A stretch of DNA of 64,000 bases from the human T2T-CHM13v2.0 reference genome, Homo sapiens, in NCBI RefSeq assembly GCF_009914755.1, contig NC_060928.1. One strand, 5' to 3'. How positions within the stretch are numbered: position 1 is the first letter of the stretch; each line of letters begins with the position of its first letter. Below, in pieces: positions 34,567 to 49,209 of the stretch. A program made the position numbers and the translations under genes. A model generated the notes under the pieces. It saw only the letters and a program-made list of their open reading frames with translations. It was not told the origin of the DNA and did no database searches.

Positions 34567-36064
34567 TTAGGTTTTTGCATAATTTATTCTTTATAATGCA
34601 AGGTTGGCTGCTAGTGGTTAGTACTTATAAATGTTCATGCACTCTGTTAATGATTTGTTCAAAATTTTTGCCAGTGATTGAAATATGATTTGAAAGTCTG
34701 TAGTTTCTAGAATATATATTTGAAAAATGAAACATGTGTCTGCTAATCTTCAGTCTTCTGCCAACTCCTTTATTCACTAAAATGTCTTAAATACTGATAT
34801 TTGTCCTTCATTATGCTTGAAAATCCTTTTAGTATTAGCGATAAAATTTGTCGTGGTCCCTAGTAGTGGGCTTCTTGCTTCTTCGTTTTGTTCTGACTAT
34901 ATTGTTTATTACCCTTTCCCCAGAAACAAACAAATTAACGAACAAACAAATAAAAAACACAATAAACCAAGCCAAAATTAAAACCAAAGACCAAAACCTG
35001 ACTAAAATAACCTCTTTTAATTGGAAGGTCTGGTCTCGGGTGCTGAAAGCCCAGAGAAGAGGACTGCTTCTAACCTGCCTTCTGAGGTTTCCATGGTGTT
35101 CAGCTATTCTTGTAGAGTTTACTTTGCTTTTTAAGTATTTTTGCAGCTTTTAAATGTATTTAGATAACTTTTCATTATACTACCACATTTTTTTATGGGT
35201 TAGGAATGAAACAATAATTGCCAGAAGTGCCCAGAACTGTAGAGATAATAGCAATAATTCACAGACAGGTGTTCTCCTGAGTCTATTTGCCCAATATCAG
35301 TTTGATTTGATAATCTCACCACAGAATCTCTTACTCATCACAGTATTAGCTACTTCTTTTAAAACTTTACCCCTCAGCTTTTGACTCTGTTGTTCTCCTC
35401 TCTGTTCAACACAACAAAATTCCAAGTCTTATTTATAAAGACTGTTCACTAGAACACCTAAGGTATTTAGCACACGGGAAAAATGTGTGCATATAAAGTT
35501 TTTATTATGCTCTTTCATTTGTGTTGCTGTGGTGTATGTCTGTTCTAAGTATGGATCTTTGATCTGATTAGTTGATTTTTGTGAGTAATTCCTTGATATT
35601 TTAAGCCAGTAGAGGTGTGCTTTAATTCAAGATACTAAAACACAGTTGCTAAACAGAACTTGGTACTCCTTAAGGATTCTGCCTTGTGATATATACAATT
35701 GTTATAAGGTACATTTTTCTTATCCAACTATAGACAATTTAATGATGTTTTAACTATAAGAAAATCTTTTAGGTGAAGAATGGCGTATATTTATTGTTCA
35801 CTTTTTGCTGAAGAGAGACAAAACAAACTGATATTGAACTGCACATAAAGGATTGAAATAAATTTTGAGAAAAATTTCTTAATAATGAGAATAAAATATT
35901 AGAAGAGAATTCTGTCTCCTTTTTGGGAAGTGAGGTGGGAAGAAAGAAGGTAGAAATGAGGCCACTGAGAGTTCATATTTGGGGTAGAAAATTATATTCT
36001 ATGATTTTCAGATGGGCTTTCATAAGATGGTAGGTTAAAGAAAATTTAAATTAGAGTCTCTCTT

Positions 36065-36499
<435 letters not shown>

Positions 36500-37251
36500 T
36501 TACGTACATCACATTTTCTATAATTAAACCAAACGACACACATGTATTGAACATGATCATATAGAGGGCTCTTCTAAGTTGGCTGCAATTTGTATTTTCC
36601 TAAGGGCAGGCATTAGTGCTTAGGGGTAGAAATGCTTACTCTGAATACTCAGGTTGGGTTTAGATGATTCATGAAACTTCTTCTACCCACCCAAACTCTC
36701 AACTTCCTATGGTTTCATTATTTTGTGGAAGTTTAAGGATACTATGTGGGGGTGACTCTCCATGTATAGTGTATTTGGCAGTCTCACATGAGGCCAGTGA
36801 TGCAAGTTGATCATGTATTATCTGAAATTCTCCAGGTCACACAGTAACTACTAGGACCACCCTTAAATCCAGGTGAAAGAAGCCTCTTCTTTGGGTGTTG
36901 TTATGAGCTGAATTGTGTCCTCCCTAAAGTTATATTGAAGTTCCAGCTCCCAGTACCTTAGAGACATGTTAAGACTTTTGACTGTAAGGCCAGGAATGGG
37001 GGCAGGAAGTAATCCAGAATTTACACCTGGGAAAGGAAGCATTGTTTACATATGCAGATCTCTGGGGTCAGATAACCTTTGGTGAATCATAACTTTAGCA
37101 TTTTTGGACTGTGGCTGCATCAGTCCAGGTACTCCAGGTAGCAGATGCTAAGACAAAGTTAAAAGTGTAAGAAATTTGTTGGAAGTATACCTAGGGAAAG
37201 AAAAAAGGCAGGGCTAGCAGGAGCAAGCAGGGAAATCCTTCAGGAAATGCC

Positions 37252-40200
37252 ACTGTTCAGGGTTTCAATTTCTTCTTGTTTTAAACTTGAGAGGTTGTAT
37301 GTTTTCAGGAACTTATCCATTTCTTCTAGGTTTTCTATTCTGTGTACATAGAGGTGTTTGGATTATTCTCTGTGGGTTTTTCTATTTCTTGTGGTCAGTG
37401 GTAATGTCCCCTTTGTCATTTCCAATTGTGTTTATTTGGATTTTCTCTCCTTTTTTTCTTTATTATTCTAGCTAATGGTGTTAATCTTATTTATCCTTAG
37501 AAAGAACCACGTCCTACATTAGATCTTTTGTATGTTTTTTTTTTGCATCTCAATTTCCTTTAGTTCAGTTCTGATTTTGGTTATTTCTTGTCTTCTGCTA
37601 GCTGTGAAGTCGGTTTTTCTTGTTTCTCTAGTTCCTTTAGGTGTGCTACTAGGTTGTTAATTTGATATCTTTCTAAGTTTTTGATGTGGACATATAGTGT
37701 TATAAATTCCTTCTTAATACTGCTTTAGATGTATCCCAGAGATTCTGGTATGTGGTATCTTTGTTATTAGTTTCAAAAAATTTCTTGATTTCTGCCTTAA
37801 TTTCACTGTTTACCCAAAAGTTGTTCAGGAGCAGGTTCTTTACTTTCCACATAACTGTATAGTTTTAAATGATTTTAAAGTATTTATATTTTTATTGCAC
37901 TGTGGTCTAAGAGTGTGTTTGGTATAATTTCAATTTTTTAAAAGTTTGCTGAGGATTGTTTTATGGCCAATTGTGTGGTCAATTTTAGAGTATGTACCAT
38001 GTGCAAATGAGAATGATGTGTATTCTGTTGCTTTTGGCTGGAGTGTTCTGTAGATGTCTTTAGGCCCATTTGGTTGTGTTGAGTTAGGTCGTGCATATCA
38101 TATCTTTGTTAGTTTTCTGCCTCAATGATCTGTCTACTACAGTCAGTGGGGTGTTGAAGTCTCTCACTACTATTATGTGGTTATCTAGTGTCTTCATAGT
38201 TCTCTAAGAACTTGGTTTTTGGATCTGAGTGCCCCAGTCTTGAATGCATATACATTTAGTATGGTTGATCTTCTTGTTGAATTGAATACTTTACCATTAT
38301 GTAATGGCCTTCTTTATCTTTTTTGATTGTTGTTGGTATTCTTTTCTTTAAGAATGCTGAATATAGGCCCTGAATCTCTTCTGCCTTGTAGGTTTCCTAC
38401 TGAAAGGCTCATGTTAACCTGATGAGGTTCCTTTTGTAGGTGACCTGCCCCTTCTCTCTAGTTGCCTTTACTATGTTTTCTTGCACATTGACCTTGGAGA
38501 ATCTGAAGACTATGTGTCTTGGGGATAGTTATCTTGTATAGGATCTTGTAGGAGTTTTCTGCATCTCCTGAATTTGAATGTTGGCCTCTCTAGCAAGGCT
38601 GGGGAAACTTTTGTGAACATTATCCACAAATATGTCTTCCAAGTTGCTTGTTTTCTCTCCCTGTATTTCAAGGATACCAATGAATCATAGATTTGGTCTC
38701 TTTACATAATTTCATATTTCTCGGAGGTTTTGTTCATTCTGTTTTATACTTTTTTCTTTATTTCTTTCTCACTGAATTAGTTTGGATAACCAGTCTTGAG
38801 CTTTGAGATTCTTTCCTTAGCTTGGTCTATTCTGCTGTGGTCTACTTGTGATTGCATTATGAAATTCTTGTAGTATGTTTTTTAGCTGTATCAGATCAGT
38901 TTTGTTCCTTCTTTTAATGGCCATTTATTGTTTCAGCTTCTGCATCATTTCATTGTAATACTTAGATTCCTCGGACTTCAACTTTCCCTGGAATCTTGAT
39001 GATCTTCATTCCTATTCAAAAAATTGTGAATTGTATGTCTGTCATCTTAGCTATTTCAGCCTTACTAAGATACTCTGGCTTTTTGAGTTGCCAGAGTTCT
39101 TGAGCTGGTTCTTTCTCACTATGTGGGCTAATGTTCCTTTAACTGTGATGTAATTTGAGTACACTTTTATTTGATTTCTTTTCTGGATGTTTTCAGAGGG
39201 CCAAGGCTTTGTGTAGGGTCTTTATTTGTAGCTGACTTCTTGTCCTTGGTTTCACAGGAGGGCATATTAGCAAAGTATTTTTGGTGTTGAATTTTGGGCT
39301 TTGATCCAGTAGATGGTGTTTAAGCATAATGGCCAATAGCTAGGCTCTTGCTTGGCCACGTGGCTCCTCTGTGTTTCCTCATGATTGCGGCTGTGCTCCC
39401 ACTCAGTGCTTTGAAGTTGTGGGCTCCTCTCCTCCTTCAGTGCTGGCTGTAGATCTTGGCTTGGTATACCACAGCCCTGGAGTGAGCTCAGGCTTTATGT
39501 TCCTTCCCCAACTTGGAGGCAGCAGGGCAAGGGGCCTTGGAAGTGGCTGTGGCAGAGGCAGAGGGGCTTTCATTTGTTTCTTGGGGCTCCACTCAAAAGA
39601 AAAGCAGAGCCGCTGCCAATTGGTGTGACTGGCCTGGGGTGGGGCAGCTGTGTTGTGAGCCCAAGCTGTGGGGCCCTGCCTGGTGATGAATTGGGGGTGG
39701 GGAGCTCACAAGGGAGATAGAGTGGTCTCTTTTCCTTAGGGAGACTGCAGCTTGCTGGAGTTGTGGGTAAAGCCTTCAGGATCTTTGTTCCTTCCCCATT
39801 CTAAGGGCAGTACCACTGCAGTGGCAGGTGCAGAGGGACTTTCAGTTGCCTCTGGGAGCTCTATCTCAGAGAAATGCAGAGCCACTGTTAATGGAAATGT
39901 TCAGCCATTTCCATGTCCAGCCACTGGAAATGTTCAGCAGTGCAGGAGTGGCTGCACTGCTGGCTTGAGCTGGGGGGCCCTGATTGGCGAAGAGTGGCGG
40001 GGGGCGGGGGGGGGGGGGGGTGGAAGGATCACAGAGAGGAGAGACTGGGCTCCTTTCCATATGACAACAGTGAAGTGGCCTCATTGTTTGGGGTGACACC
40101 CAGAGCTTTTGGTCTCATGGCCAAGGAAATCAAGGATGTGACACACCAAGGATGAGGTTGAGAATAGAAATTTAATAGGAAAAAGAAAGAGAACAGCTCT

Positions 40201-42000
40201 CTGCTACAGAGAGGGATCCCAGAAAAAGGGTTGCTGTACTGCAGTGAAATGCAGGGGTTTTTATAGACGAGCTAGTGGGGAGGTGGTATCTGATCAGCAT
40301 AGAGCATGAAAAACCAGTTAGGACCAGGTGTGCTATCTACTTAGGGTACAAATCTCTGGTAGCCCCCCACCCCAATGTTTTATTATGCAGGCAGTTCCTC
40401 AGCTTGAGCTATTCCATGTTGCTTATTTCTTTCTTACTGTGCATCTGCTAAAAAGGGGAGGTGGAACCCCCATGGTGGACGTGCCTGGTCCTTTGTAGCC
40501 CTTTCTATCTGTGCAACGGCCAGCATCCCCTCATGCAAGCTTCCAGCTTCCTTATCTATGTTTGCAGCCCAATCTTCCAGTTGCTGTTTGTTAGAAAAGA
40601 AGTGATTTCTTGGGCTGCTTTTTGTGAGAAGCGAAGTTCTGTCTGGGACTATTTGCCCTCACTATCTGTCTAAATCATTTTTATCTACTCCTGTATCAAC
40701 ATTGGTGTGCTGGAATTGCAAGTAAAGTTCCTAGGCTCTTAGTCGGGTGGCAGCAAGGTCAGAATCACTTCAGTGGCAGTGACAGAGCGGCTGTTGTTTG
40801 CCTCTGGAAGCTCCACCCCAGAGAAACAGAGCCGCTGCCAGTGGGAATGTTCAGCTGGGGGTGGGGCAGCTGCTCTGCAGTCATGAGCTTGGGGCCCTGC
40901 CTGGTAAAGAGTCCGGGGTGGCGGTTCACAGGGAAGAAAGTCTGGGCTCCTTTCTGCATGATGGCTGCCATGTGCTGGGGTGCCAGCATAGCGACCACAC
41001 CCTTTCTTCCTCTCCCAGACCGAGAGCAGCAAGGGCAGTACCACTGAAGCTGCAATGGCAGAGGGACTTTGGGTTGTCTCTGGAGTTTCCTCCCTGGAGA
41101 AATGCAAAGCTGCCACTGACTGAAGTATTCAGGCTGGGGCAGAGTGGTTGTGCTGGGGGCCCAGGTGGAGAGGCCCTCCACGGTGAGGAGCAGCTGAGGC
41201 ACGGACCTGCATCGAAACAGACTGGCCGCTTTTCTGTAAGGCAACGGAACTATGCTGAGGGTCCATGTTAGATTCTAATCACTGCTTTTCCTCTGGAGTC
41301 CGAGGGTAACAGGAGAGAGGACTGTGTAGCAGCAAACATGAGAGCCTGTCTGCTGCCTCTGGTAGCTGCGTCTCAGGGAAGTGCAGAGCTGTTCCCCGAT
41401 GGAGAGCTCAGGAGTGGTTGGGGTGGCTGCATTACGGTCCCAGGCCAGTGGGCCGTGTCCAGAGAGGTGCAGTAGAGGTGAGGCCTGCTGTTCATCCACT
41501 GCTCAGTCCACGGATTCGGCCCCTATCCTGGGGGCATGCTAGGGATCCTGGCCTCCGATGTTGCAGGAGCTGCAGCTGCTGGTGCTGGGATGCCCAGGGA
41601 TCAAAGAGTCCCGTACTTCTCATGTGCCTGAACTGTGACTGTGCCCAGACTCCACATGGCTGTCTTTTTCAGTCTGGAGGCCCCGGCTGGGGGAGAGTCA
41701 TGGGGGAATCTCTTGATTTCAGGGTTGCAAAGTTCCGTGGCAGAAATGTGGGTCCCTAGGAACTCTCACTAGCTCACTGTTTCTTCGCAGTGGGAGTCTC
41801 CCATGGCTCTGCGCCACTCCTGGGTGGGTGGCTGTCGTGTCTCACTCTTCTCTGTTCTACATAGGTCGTGTTGCTTCCTTGATGATTCCCAGTGCGTCCT
41901 CCTGGAAGATCCAGTTGAAGAGCTAGTATTTACTCAACACTCTTCTCTCTGTGAGAGCGGCCCACACTAGTTGCTCCTAGTCATTTATCTTGGCCGGAAT
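37252..42000 (-). mobile_element. 3'-truncated old primate L1 with long repeated 5'UTR and internal deletion at ~38338
   Basis: Antisense ORF2 EN 37252-38338, ORF1 ~38340-39120, GC-rich 5'UTR to ~42000. Confidence 0.85.
40071..40698 (-). mobile_element. ERV1 solo LTR (MER50-like) in L1 5'UTR
   Basis: Minus strand begins TGATACAGGAG..TTTAGACAGATAGTGAGGG; TG..CA termini; TSD acag / acat. Confidence 0.8.
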
Positions 42001-42231
42001 CTTCTCTGTTCTCTGGTTATCTCCATGTCTGCCCCCTGCCAACACTGACACATTAAAAAAAAAAAAAAAAAAAAAAAAAGATGCCTTGGAACAGTTCCAG
42101 AGGATGAAGTTTTTTTCTCACTATTTATGGGAAACGGGGAGCTTCGCAGCCAAGCTCCTCTTCAGCAGCAGCACAGACCCCTGCCTCTTGCCTCATTTCT
42201 CACTTCCACCCTGGAAGTTGCAGAACACGCA

Positions 42232-42327
42232 TGTGCACTGCACAGGCCTGTGAAGGTGGGATCAGCACGTCCTGCCAGGCACCATCTCCAGCGCAGGATA
42301 CTGGAGCTCCCTGTTGAGCAGTGCAGG
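42232..42327. mobile_element. Possible MER91-like hAT MITE remnant
   Basis: Imperfect inverted termini tgtgcactgcacagg ... cctgttgagcagtgca. Confidence 0.4.
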
Positions 42328-43179
42328 TTATATAGAACAGGTTAGGAGTTAGGGCATAGGGCTTGGGTTAGGTGTTAGAATCTACATGGCTGATTCTTGC
42401 TTACACTGTTGAATTTACTTTTGAGGACTAACCTGAAAAATGGTTTCTCAGATTCCCTTGAATCACAACTTTACAGATATTTTTTGACATTTTGGCAGTA
42501 ACAGTTTTTATAGTGAAGGTAATATAAAGATCAGGATGAGATAATACAGTCACCAATAAAAATATGAAAATTGTGAGCTTGAGAAAGCTGACTCTGGGGA
42601 TTGAGAACATGCTTTGAAAATAAGACCAGCTATTATACATTTAGATGTTAAAACTGAATGAGATACAGAAATCAATTTGAATTTTTGGGTGTCAAGTTGA
42701 TATACTTCAAGTGTCTAATTGTTTTCTAATTGACTATAAGATGATTTTATTTTTCAGAGAAAAATACTGTTGAGAAAACAGAGAAAGATTTTCTTTTGCT
42801 GCTATTTTTTGCTATTAGTTTAGAGGAGCTGAAGGTGGCAAAGTGATAAAAGAGTGCCTCAGGATTCACACAAAACTTAATAGATATTTGACTCATAAAC
42901 CCACGGTGTGGTAAACCTATTCCCAGGTCAGAATACAACAGTCTTTGAGCTAACTTTCTAGTGTGTATTACACAAAGCTATTTCTTTTCTTATGCTCTTT
43001 CTAGCTGGGAGAGTGCACACAGTAAGAATTACAGTTCCCACTTTACAGGGAATTGGGGCTGTAACCACCTTCTGATAGTTGCTTCTAATTATTTTAGTAT
43101 GAAAATGAGTTTTTCAAAACATATCATTAAAAAAATATTACATGTTGTAAAAAGTCAACCTGTACATAAATTTAAAGTG

Positions 43180-45715
43180 TTCATTCATTTACTTAGCAAT
43201 TATTTGTTGAGTGCCTATTGTATCTCAGGCACTGTTCTGGTCCTGTGAATACATCAGAAAATATATCCAACAAAAATTCTTATCTTTGTGAAGCTTACAT
43301 TGTAATGGGAGAAGACAGATAATAATAAAATAGTAATAAATTATATAAGATGTTTGGAGTGATAAATCCAATGGGGAAAAATAGAGCAAGCTAAGAGGGA
43401 CTGGGAATACAAAGGCAGTCGGGGAGATTACAACTTAAATGAGGTGGTCAGATATTACCCCATCTATAAAGTGATATTTCAGCAAAACTTTAAAGGAAAT
43501 GGGAAGATGAGTTATGAGGCTATCAGGGAAAAGAGAATAGATAACAGCCAGTGCAAAATACCTGACGTGGCAGATGATGGTGTAGCAGGAACCATGAGGA
43601 GGTCAATATGGCTCAAGAGGGCTGAATGGGAGAAGTAGTAGAAAGTAAACTAGAGGAGTGAAATCAGGGATGAGAAAGGAAGTTGGTGGACAAACTTGGG
43701 GGAGTTTGTTATGAAGTCTAAGACTTTTTACTTGGAGAGAAATCTGGAGGCATTGGAGGGTTTGAGCAGGTAAGTGACTTGTTCTGACATCTTTTTAAAG
43801 GAGTATTCTGGTTGTTTATGTTAAGAATAGAGTGTACGGGGCATGTGTGGAAGCAGAATGAATAGCAAGAAGGCTACTGTTAAAGTCCAGGAGAAAGATG
43901 CTGGCAGCCAGGATCAGGGGGTAACAATGAAGGTGGTGTGGAGTTTCTGGGTTTTGAACATGCCAGTGTTTTGAAATGACAGCCAACAAGATTTCTGGAT
44001 AGGTTATATGTGGGGTTTGAGAGTGAGGAGTCAAGTATGACTCTAATCTCTTTGGCCTGAGCAGCTGGAAGGATGGAGCTGACATTGACTGAAATTGGGA
44101 TGATTCAAGTCAAATAGGTTTTAGGGGAAAGATCAAGAGTTTCAGCTTGAGATGCCAGTTCATCATCCACATAGACTAAGTGAGTATTGGTTGAAAGTAG
44201 TCCCAGGCCAGAGATAGAAAGTTGGCATTTGTTTAAAGCCATGACACTGGGTAAGCTCATCTAGAGAATAAGTGTACATTGAGAAGAGATTAGGACCAAT
44301 GACTGAGCTCTAGGAATTACAGTCTTTTTTTTGTTGTTGTTGAGAAACTTCTCCAATTTTGTTTTATTTTATTTTAATTAATTAATTAATTTATTATACT
44401 TCAAGTTTTAGGGTACATGTGCACAACGTGCAGGTTTCTTACATATGTATACATGTGCCATGTTGGTGTGCTACCCCCATTAACTCGTCATTTAACATTA
44501 AGTATATCTCCTAATGCTATCCCTTCCCACTTCCCCCACCCCACAACAGGCCCCGGTCTGTGATGTTCCCCTTCCTGTGACCATGTGTTCTCGTTGTTCA
44601 ATTCCCACCTATGAGTGAGAACATGCAGTGTTTGTTTTTTTGTCCTTGCGATAGTTTGCTGAGAATGATGGTTTCCAGCTTCATCCATGTCCCTACAAAG
44701 GACATGAACTCACCCTTTTTTATGGCTGCATAGTATTCCATGGTGTATATGTGCCACATTTTCTTAATCCAGTCTATCATTGTTGGACATTTGGGTTGGT
44801 TCCAAGTCTTTGCTATTGTGAATAGTACTGCAATAAACATACGTGTGCATGTGTGTTTATAGCAGCATGGTTTATAATCCTTTGGGTATATACCCAGTAA
44901 TGGTATGGCTGGGTCAAATGGTATTTCTAGTTCTAGATCCCTGAGGAATCGCCACACTGACTTCCACAATGGTTGAACTAGTTTACAGTCCCACCAACAG
45001 TGTCAAAGTGTTCCTATTTCTCCACATCCTCTCCAGCATCTGTTGTTTCCTGACTTTTTAATGATCGCCATTCTAACTGGTGTGAGATGGTATCTCATTG
45101 TGGTTTTGATTTGCATTTCTCTGATGGCCAGTGATGATGACATTTTTTCATGTGTCTTTTGGCTGCATAAATGTCTTCTTTCAAGAAGTGTCTGTTCATA
45201 TCTTTTGCCCACTTTTTGATGGGGTTGTTTGTTTTTTTCTTGTAAATTTGTTTGAGTTCATTGTAGATTCTGGATATTAGCCCTTTGTCAGATGAGTAGA
45301 TTGCAAATTACAGTCTTTAAGAGTGAATTGAAGAGATTGAAGAGAAGTAACAAGCAAAGGAGATTGAGAAGGATTGGTCAATGAGAGAAAAGGAAAGCCA
45401 GGGGAGGTGCTGTCTCAAAAAATCAAGTGAAAAAAGTGTTTTCAGGAGGATAAAGTGGCTTAAGACCTATACTGCTGACAGGTCAGGTTGCAGAAGGATT
45501 GAACATTGGCCACTGGACTTAATAATGTGGAGGTCATCTATAACTTGACAAAAGCAGTTTTGGTGGAGGCATATGGAAACAAACAGTTTTGGTGGTGTGA
45601 TAGCTTGATGGAAGTGGATTTCATAGAGCATAGGAAAAGATGAATTGGAAACACTGGGTTTAGTCAACACTGAGGAATTTGCTGTAAAGGAATATAAAGA
45701 AGTGTACAATTGCTA
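43180..45715 (-). mobile_element. Long L2 remnant interrupted by L1PA4
   Basis: L2 tail ttcattcattt...tatttgttgagtgcct; body resumes at ~45320 and weakly at ~46810-47030. Confidence 0.8.
44328..45305 (-). mobile_element. 5'-truncated L1PA4-like element
   Basis: ORF2 C-terminus 44598-44969; TSD aattacagtcttt (44315 / 45306). Confidence 0.97.
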
Positions 45716-45768
45716 AAAGGAGAAAAGGGCACAAAGGAACTTTTTTTTTTAAGAGTTTGTTTTTTAAG

Positions 45769-46790
45769 CAATCACAACAAAAGCAAAAATTGACAAATGG
45801 GATCTAATTAAACTTAAGAACTTCTGCACAAGAGAAACTATCAGCAGAGTAAACAGACAACCTACAGAATGGGAGAAAATATTTGCAAACTATGCATCTG
45901 ACAAAGGTCTAATATACAGCATTTATAAGGAACTTAAATTTACAAGTGAAAAACAAACAACCCCATTAAAAAGTGGGCAAAGGACATGAACAGACACTTC
46001 TCAAAAGAAGACATCCATATAGCCAACAAAAATGAAAAAAACAGTATCACTGATCATTAGAGAAATGCAAATCAAAACCACAATGAGACATTATCTCACA
46101 ACAGTTAGAATGGCAATATTAAAAGGTCAAAAAATAACAGATGCTGGTGAGGTTGGGGAGAAAAAGGAACAGTTATACACTGTTGATAGGAGTGTAAATT
46201 AATTCAACTATTGTGGAAAGCAGTATGGCAAGTCCTCAAAGAGTTAAAAGCAAAACTATCATAAAACCCAGCAACCTTATTACTGGGTATATACTCGGAG
46301 GAATAGAAAGCATTCTACCATGAAGACACAGCACGTGAATGTTGATTTCAGTGCTATTCAAAATAGCAAAGACATGGAATCAGCCTAAATGCCCATCAAT
46401 GACAGACAGGATAAAGAAAATGTGCTACATATACACCATGGAATATTATGCAGCCATAAAAAGAATGAGATCATGTCTTTGGCAGGAACATGGATGGAGC
46501 TGGAGCTATCATCCTTAGCAAACTAACACAGGAACAGAAAACTCAGTACCACATGTTCTGACTTATAAGTGGAGCTAAATGATAAGAACTTATGAACAAA
46601 AAGAAGGAAACAACAGACACTGGGGTCTAACTGCTGGGGTGATGTGGGGGAAGGGAGAGGAACCGAAAAGATAACTATTGGGTACTGGGCTTAATACCTG
46701 GGTGAAAAAATAATATATACAACAAACCCCCATGACACATTTACCTATGTAACAAAACTTCACATGTACCTCCAAACATAAAAGTTTTTT
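45769..46790 (+). mobile_element. 5'-truncated older L1 (L1PA13-16/PB-like)
   Basis: ORF2 C-terminus, 3'UTR with ataactattgggtact; TSD agtttgtttttt aag-like at 45754 / 46795. Confidence 0.9.
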
Positions 46791-47229
46791 AAAAAGTTTG
46801 TTTTTAAGGTAGAAGAAATAACAGTATGTTTATATGATGATAAGAATGATCCAGGACAGACAGAAACATTAATGATATAAGAGAAAGAAAGGAAAATTTC
46901 TGTATTTAAATAGCGGGAAAGGATGGATCTAGTGCACAAGTAGTAGGATCGCTGATGGAGGGAGCACAGATCGTTCATCTATGTTAACAAGAGAAAGGCA
47001 GATGTAAGGATGCAGGTACTGGTAGGATGTAGTGGTAAAAAAAAAAAAAGTCCTCAAACCTCCAACTCTCCAAAACCCTGCTCTGGTAAATGATTTCTTG
47101 TGCATTATTGTACATAATTGTGTGATGGGATTGCCCTTGCTAGAACTTCCAGTACTATGTTGAATAGAGTTGTCCATAAACATTTAGGTCCCCACTTAGC
47201 TATTTTGAATAATGCTGCTATGAACATGA

Positions 47230-47571
<342 letters not shown>

Positions 47572-48065
47572 TTCATTCTTTTGAATATATACCTAGAAAT
47601 GGAATTTCCGAATCATATGGTAATTCTATTTTTAGTTTTTAGAAAACTTTATACTGTTTGCCACAGCAACTGCATCATTTTACGTTCCCTCCAACAAAGC
47701 ACAAAGTTCCAATTCTTCCCTATTCTTACCAACACTTGTTATTTTCTGCTTTTTAAAAAATAATGGCAATTCTGCCAGATATGGTGGGTCACACCTGTAA
47801 TTCCAGCACTTTGGGAGGCCAAAGGAAGATATTTCACCTATAGCTTACATATGGAAAGCAAATGAAAAGTATGAGCCTCCATCAGGATGGAAGTGGGGGG
47901 AATACTCCAAGCACAGCCTCTAACTGTGGTCCTGCAGTACTTTGGTTTACATAGGAGTATATGTGTGTGTGTGTGTTTGATCAATCCCAAATCACTGTTT
48001 TGCTCTCTACTCCTGCCATTTTCTCAATTCCTCTGCATTCCAAATGTGTTACATGGGAACTTCGG

Positions 48066-48368
<303 letters not shown>

Positions 48369-48371
48369 GGG

Positions 48372-49134
48372 TTTTTAATTTTTTAAATTTAATTCAATTT
48401 AATTTAATTTTAGGTTCCAGGATACATGTGCAGAACGTGCAGGTTTGTTACATAGGTAAACATGTGCCATGGTGGTTTGCTGCACCTATCAACCTATCAA
48501 CTAGGTATTAAGCCCTGCATGCATTAGCTATTTGTCCTGATGCTCTCCCTCCCCCCACACCCCCAATAAGACCCAGTGTGTGTTGTTTCCCTCCCTGTGT
48601 CCATGTGTTCTCATTGTTCAGCTCCTGCTTATGAGTGAGAACATGTGGTGTTTGGTTTTCTGTTCCTGTGTTAGTTTGCTGGGGATGATGGCTTTCAGCT
48701 TCATCCACGTTCCTGCAAAGTATATTATTTCATTCCTTTTTATGGCTACGTAGTATTCCATGGTGATATGTGCCACATTTTCTTTATCCAGTCTATCATT
48801 GATGGGCATTTGGGTTGATTCCATGTCTTTGCTATTGTGAATAGTGCTGCATTAAATATATGTGTGCATGTACCTTTATAGTAGAACGATTTATATTCCT
48901 TTGGATATATACCCAGTAATAGGATTACTGGGTCAAATGGTATTTCTGGTTCAAGATCCTTGAAGAATTGTCACACTGTCTTCCATAGTGTTTGAACTAA
49001 TTTACATTCCCATCAACAGCGTAAAAGTGTTCCTATTTCCCCACAGCCTCGCAAGCATCTGTTGTTTCTTGACTTTATAATAATGGCCATTCTGACTGGT
49101 GTGAGATGGTATCTTATTGTGGTTTTGATTTGCA
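48372..49134 (-). mobile_element. 5'-truncated L1PA7/8-like element
   Basis: Antisense 3'UTR and ORF2 C-terminus. Confidence 0.92.
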
Positions 49135-49209
49135 GGAGGTTGAGGCTGCAGTGAGCTATAATCACACCACTGCACTAGAGTCTGGGTGACAGAGTGAGAC
49201 CTTGTCTTT

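Noticed and set aside
40739-41759. Cluster of 113-159 aa ORFs on both strands
   Set aside because: They lie in the GC-rich L1 5'UTR monomers, have no recognisable domain, and are expected from low stop-codon density.
42001-42090. Orphan poly(A) (42055-42079) as the tail of a giant 5'-inverted L1 insertion starting at 37252
   Set aside because: Putative TSD (aaatgcc / agatgcc) is short and imperfect, and the LTR-like sequence left of 37252 does not resume after the tail.
42100-42350. GC-richer patch with AG|GTTAGG as a possible first exon
   Set aside because: Weak donor site, no CpG island, and partly explained by a MER91-like remnant; no supporting evidence.
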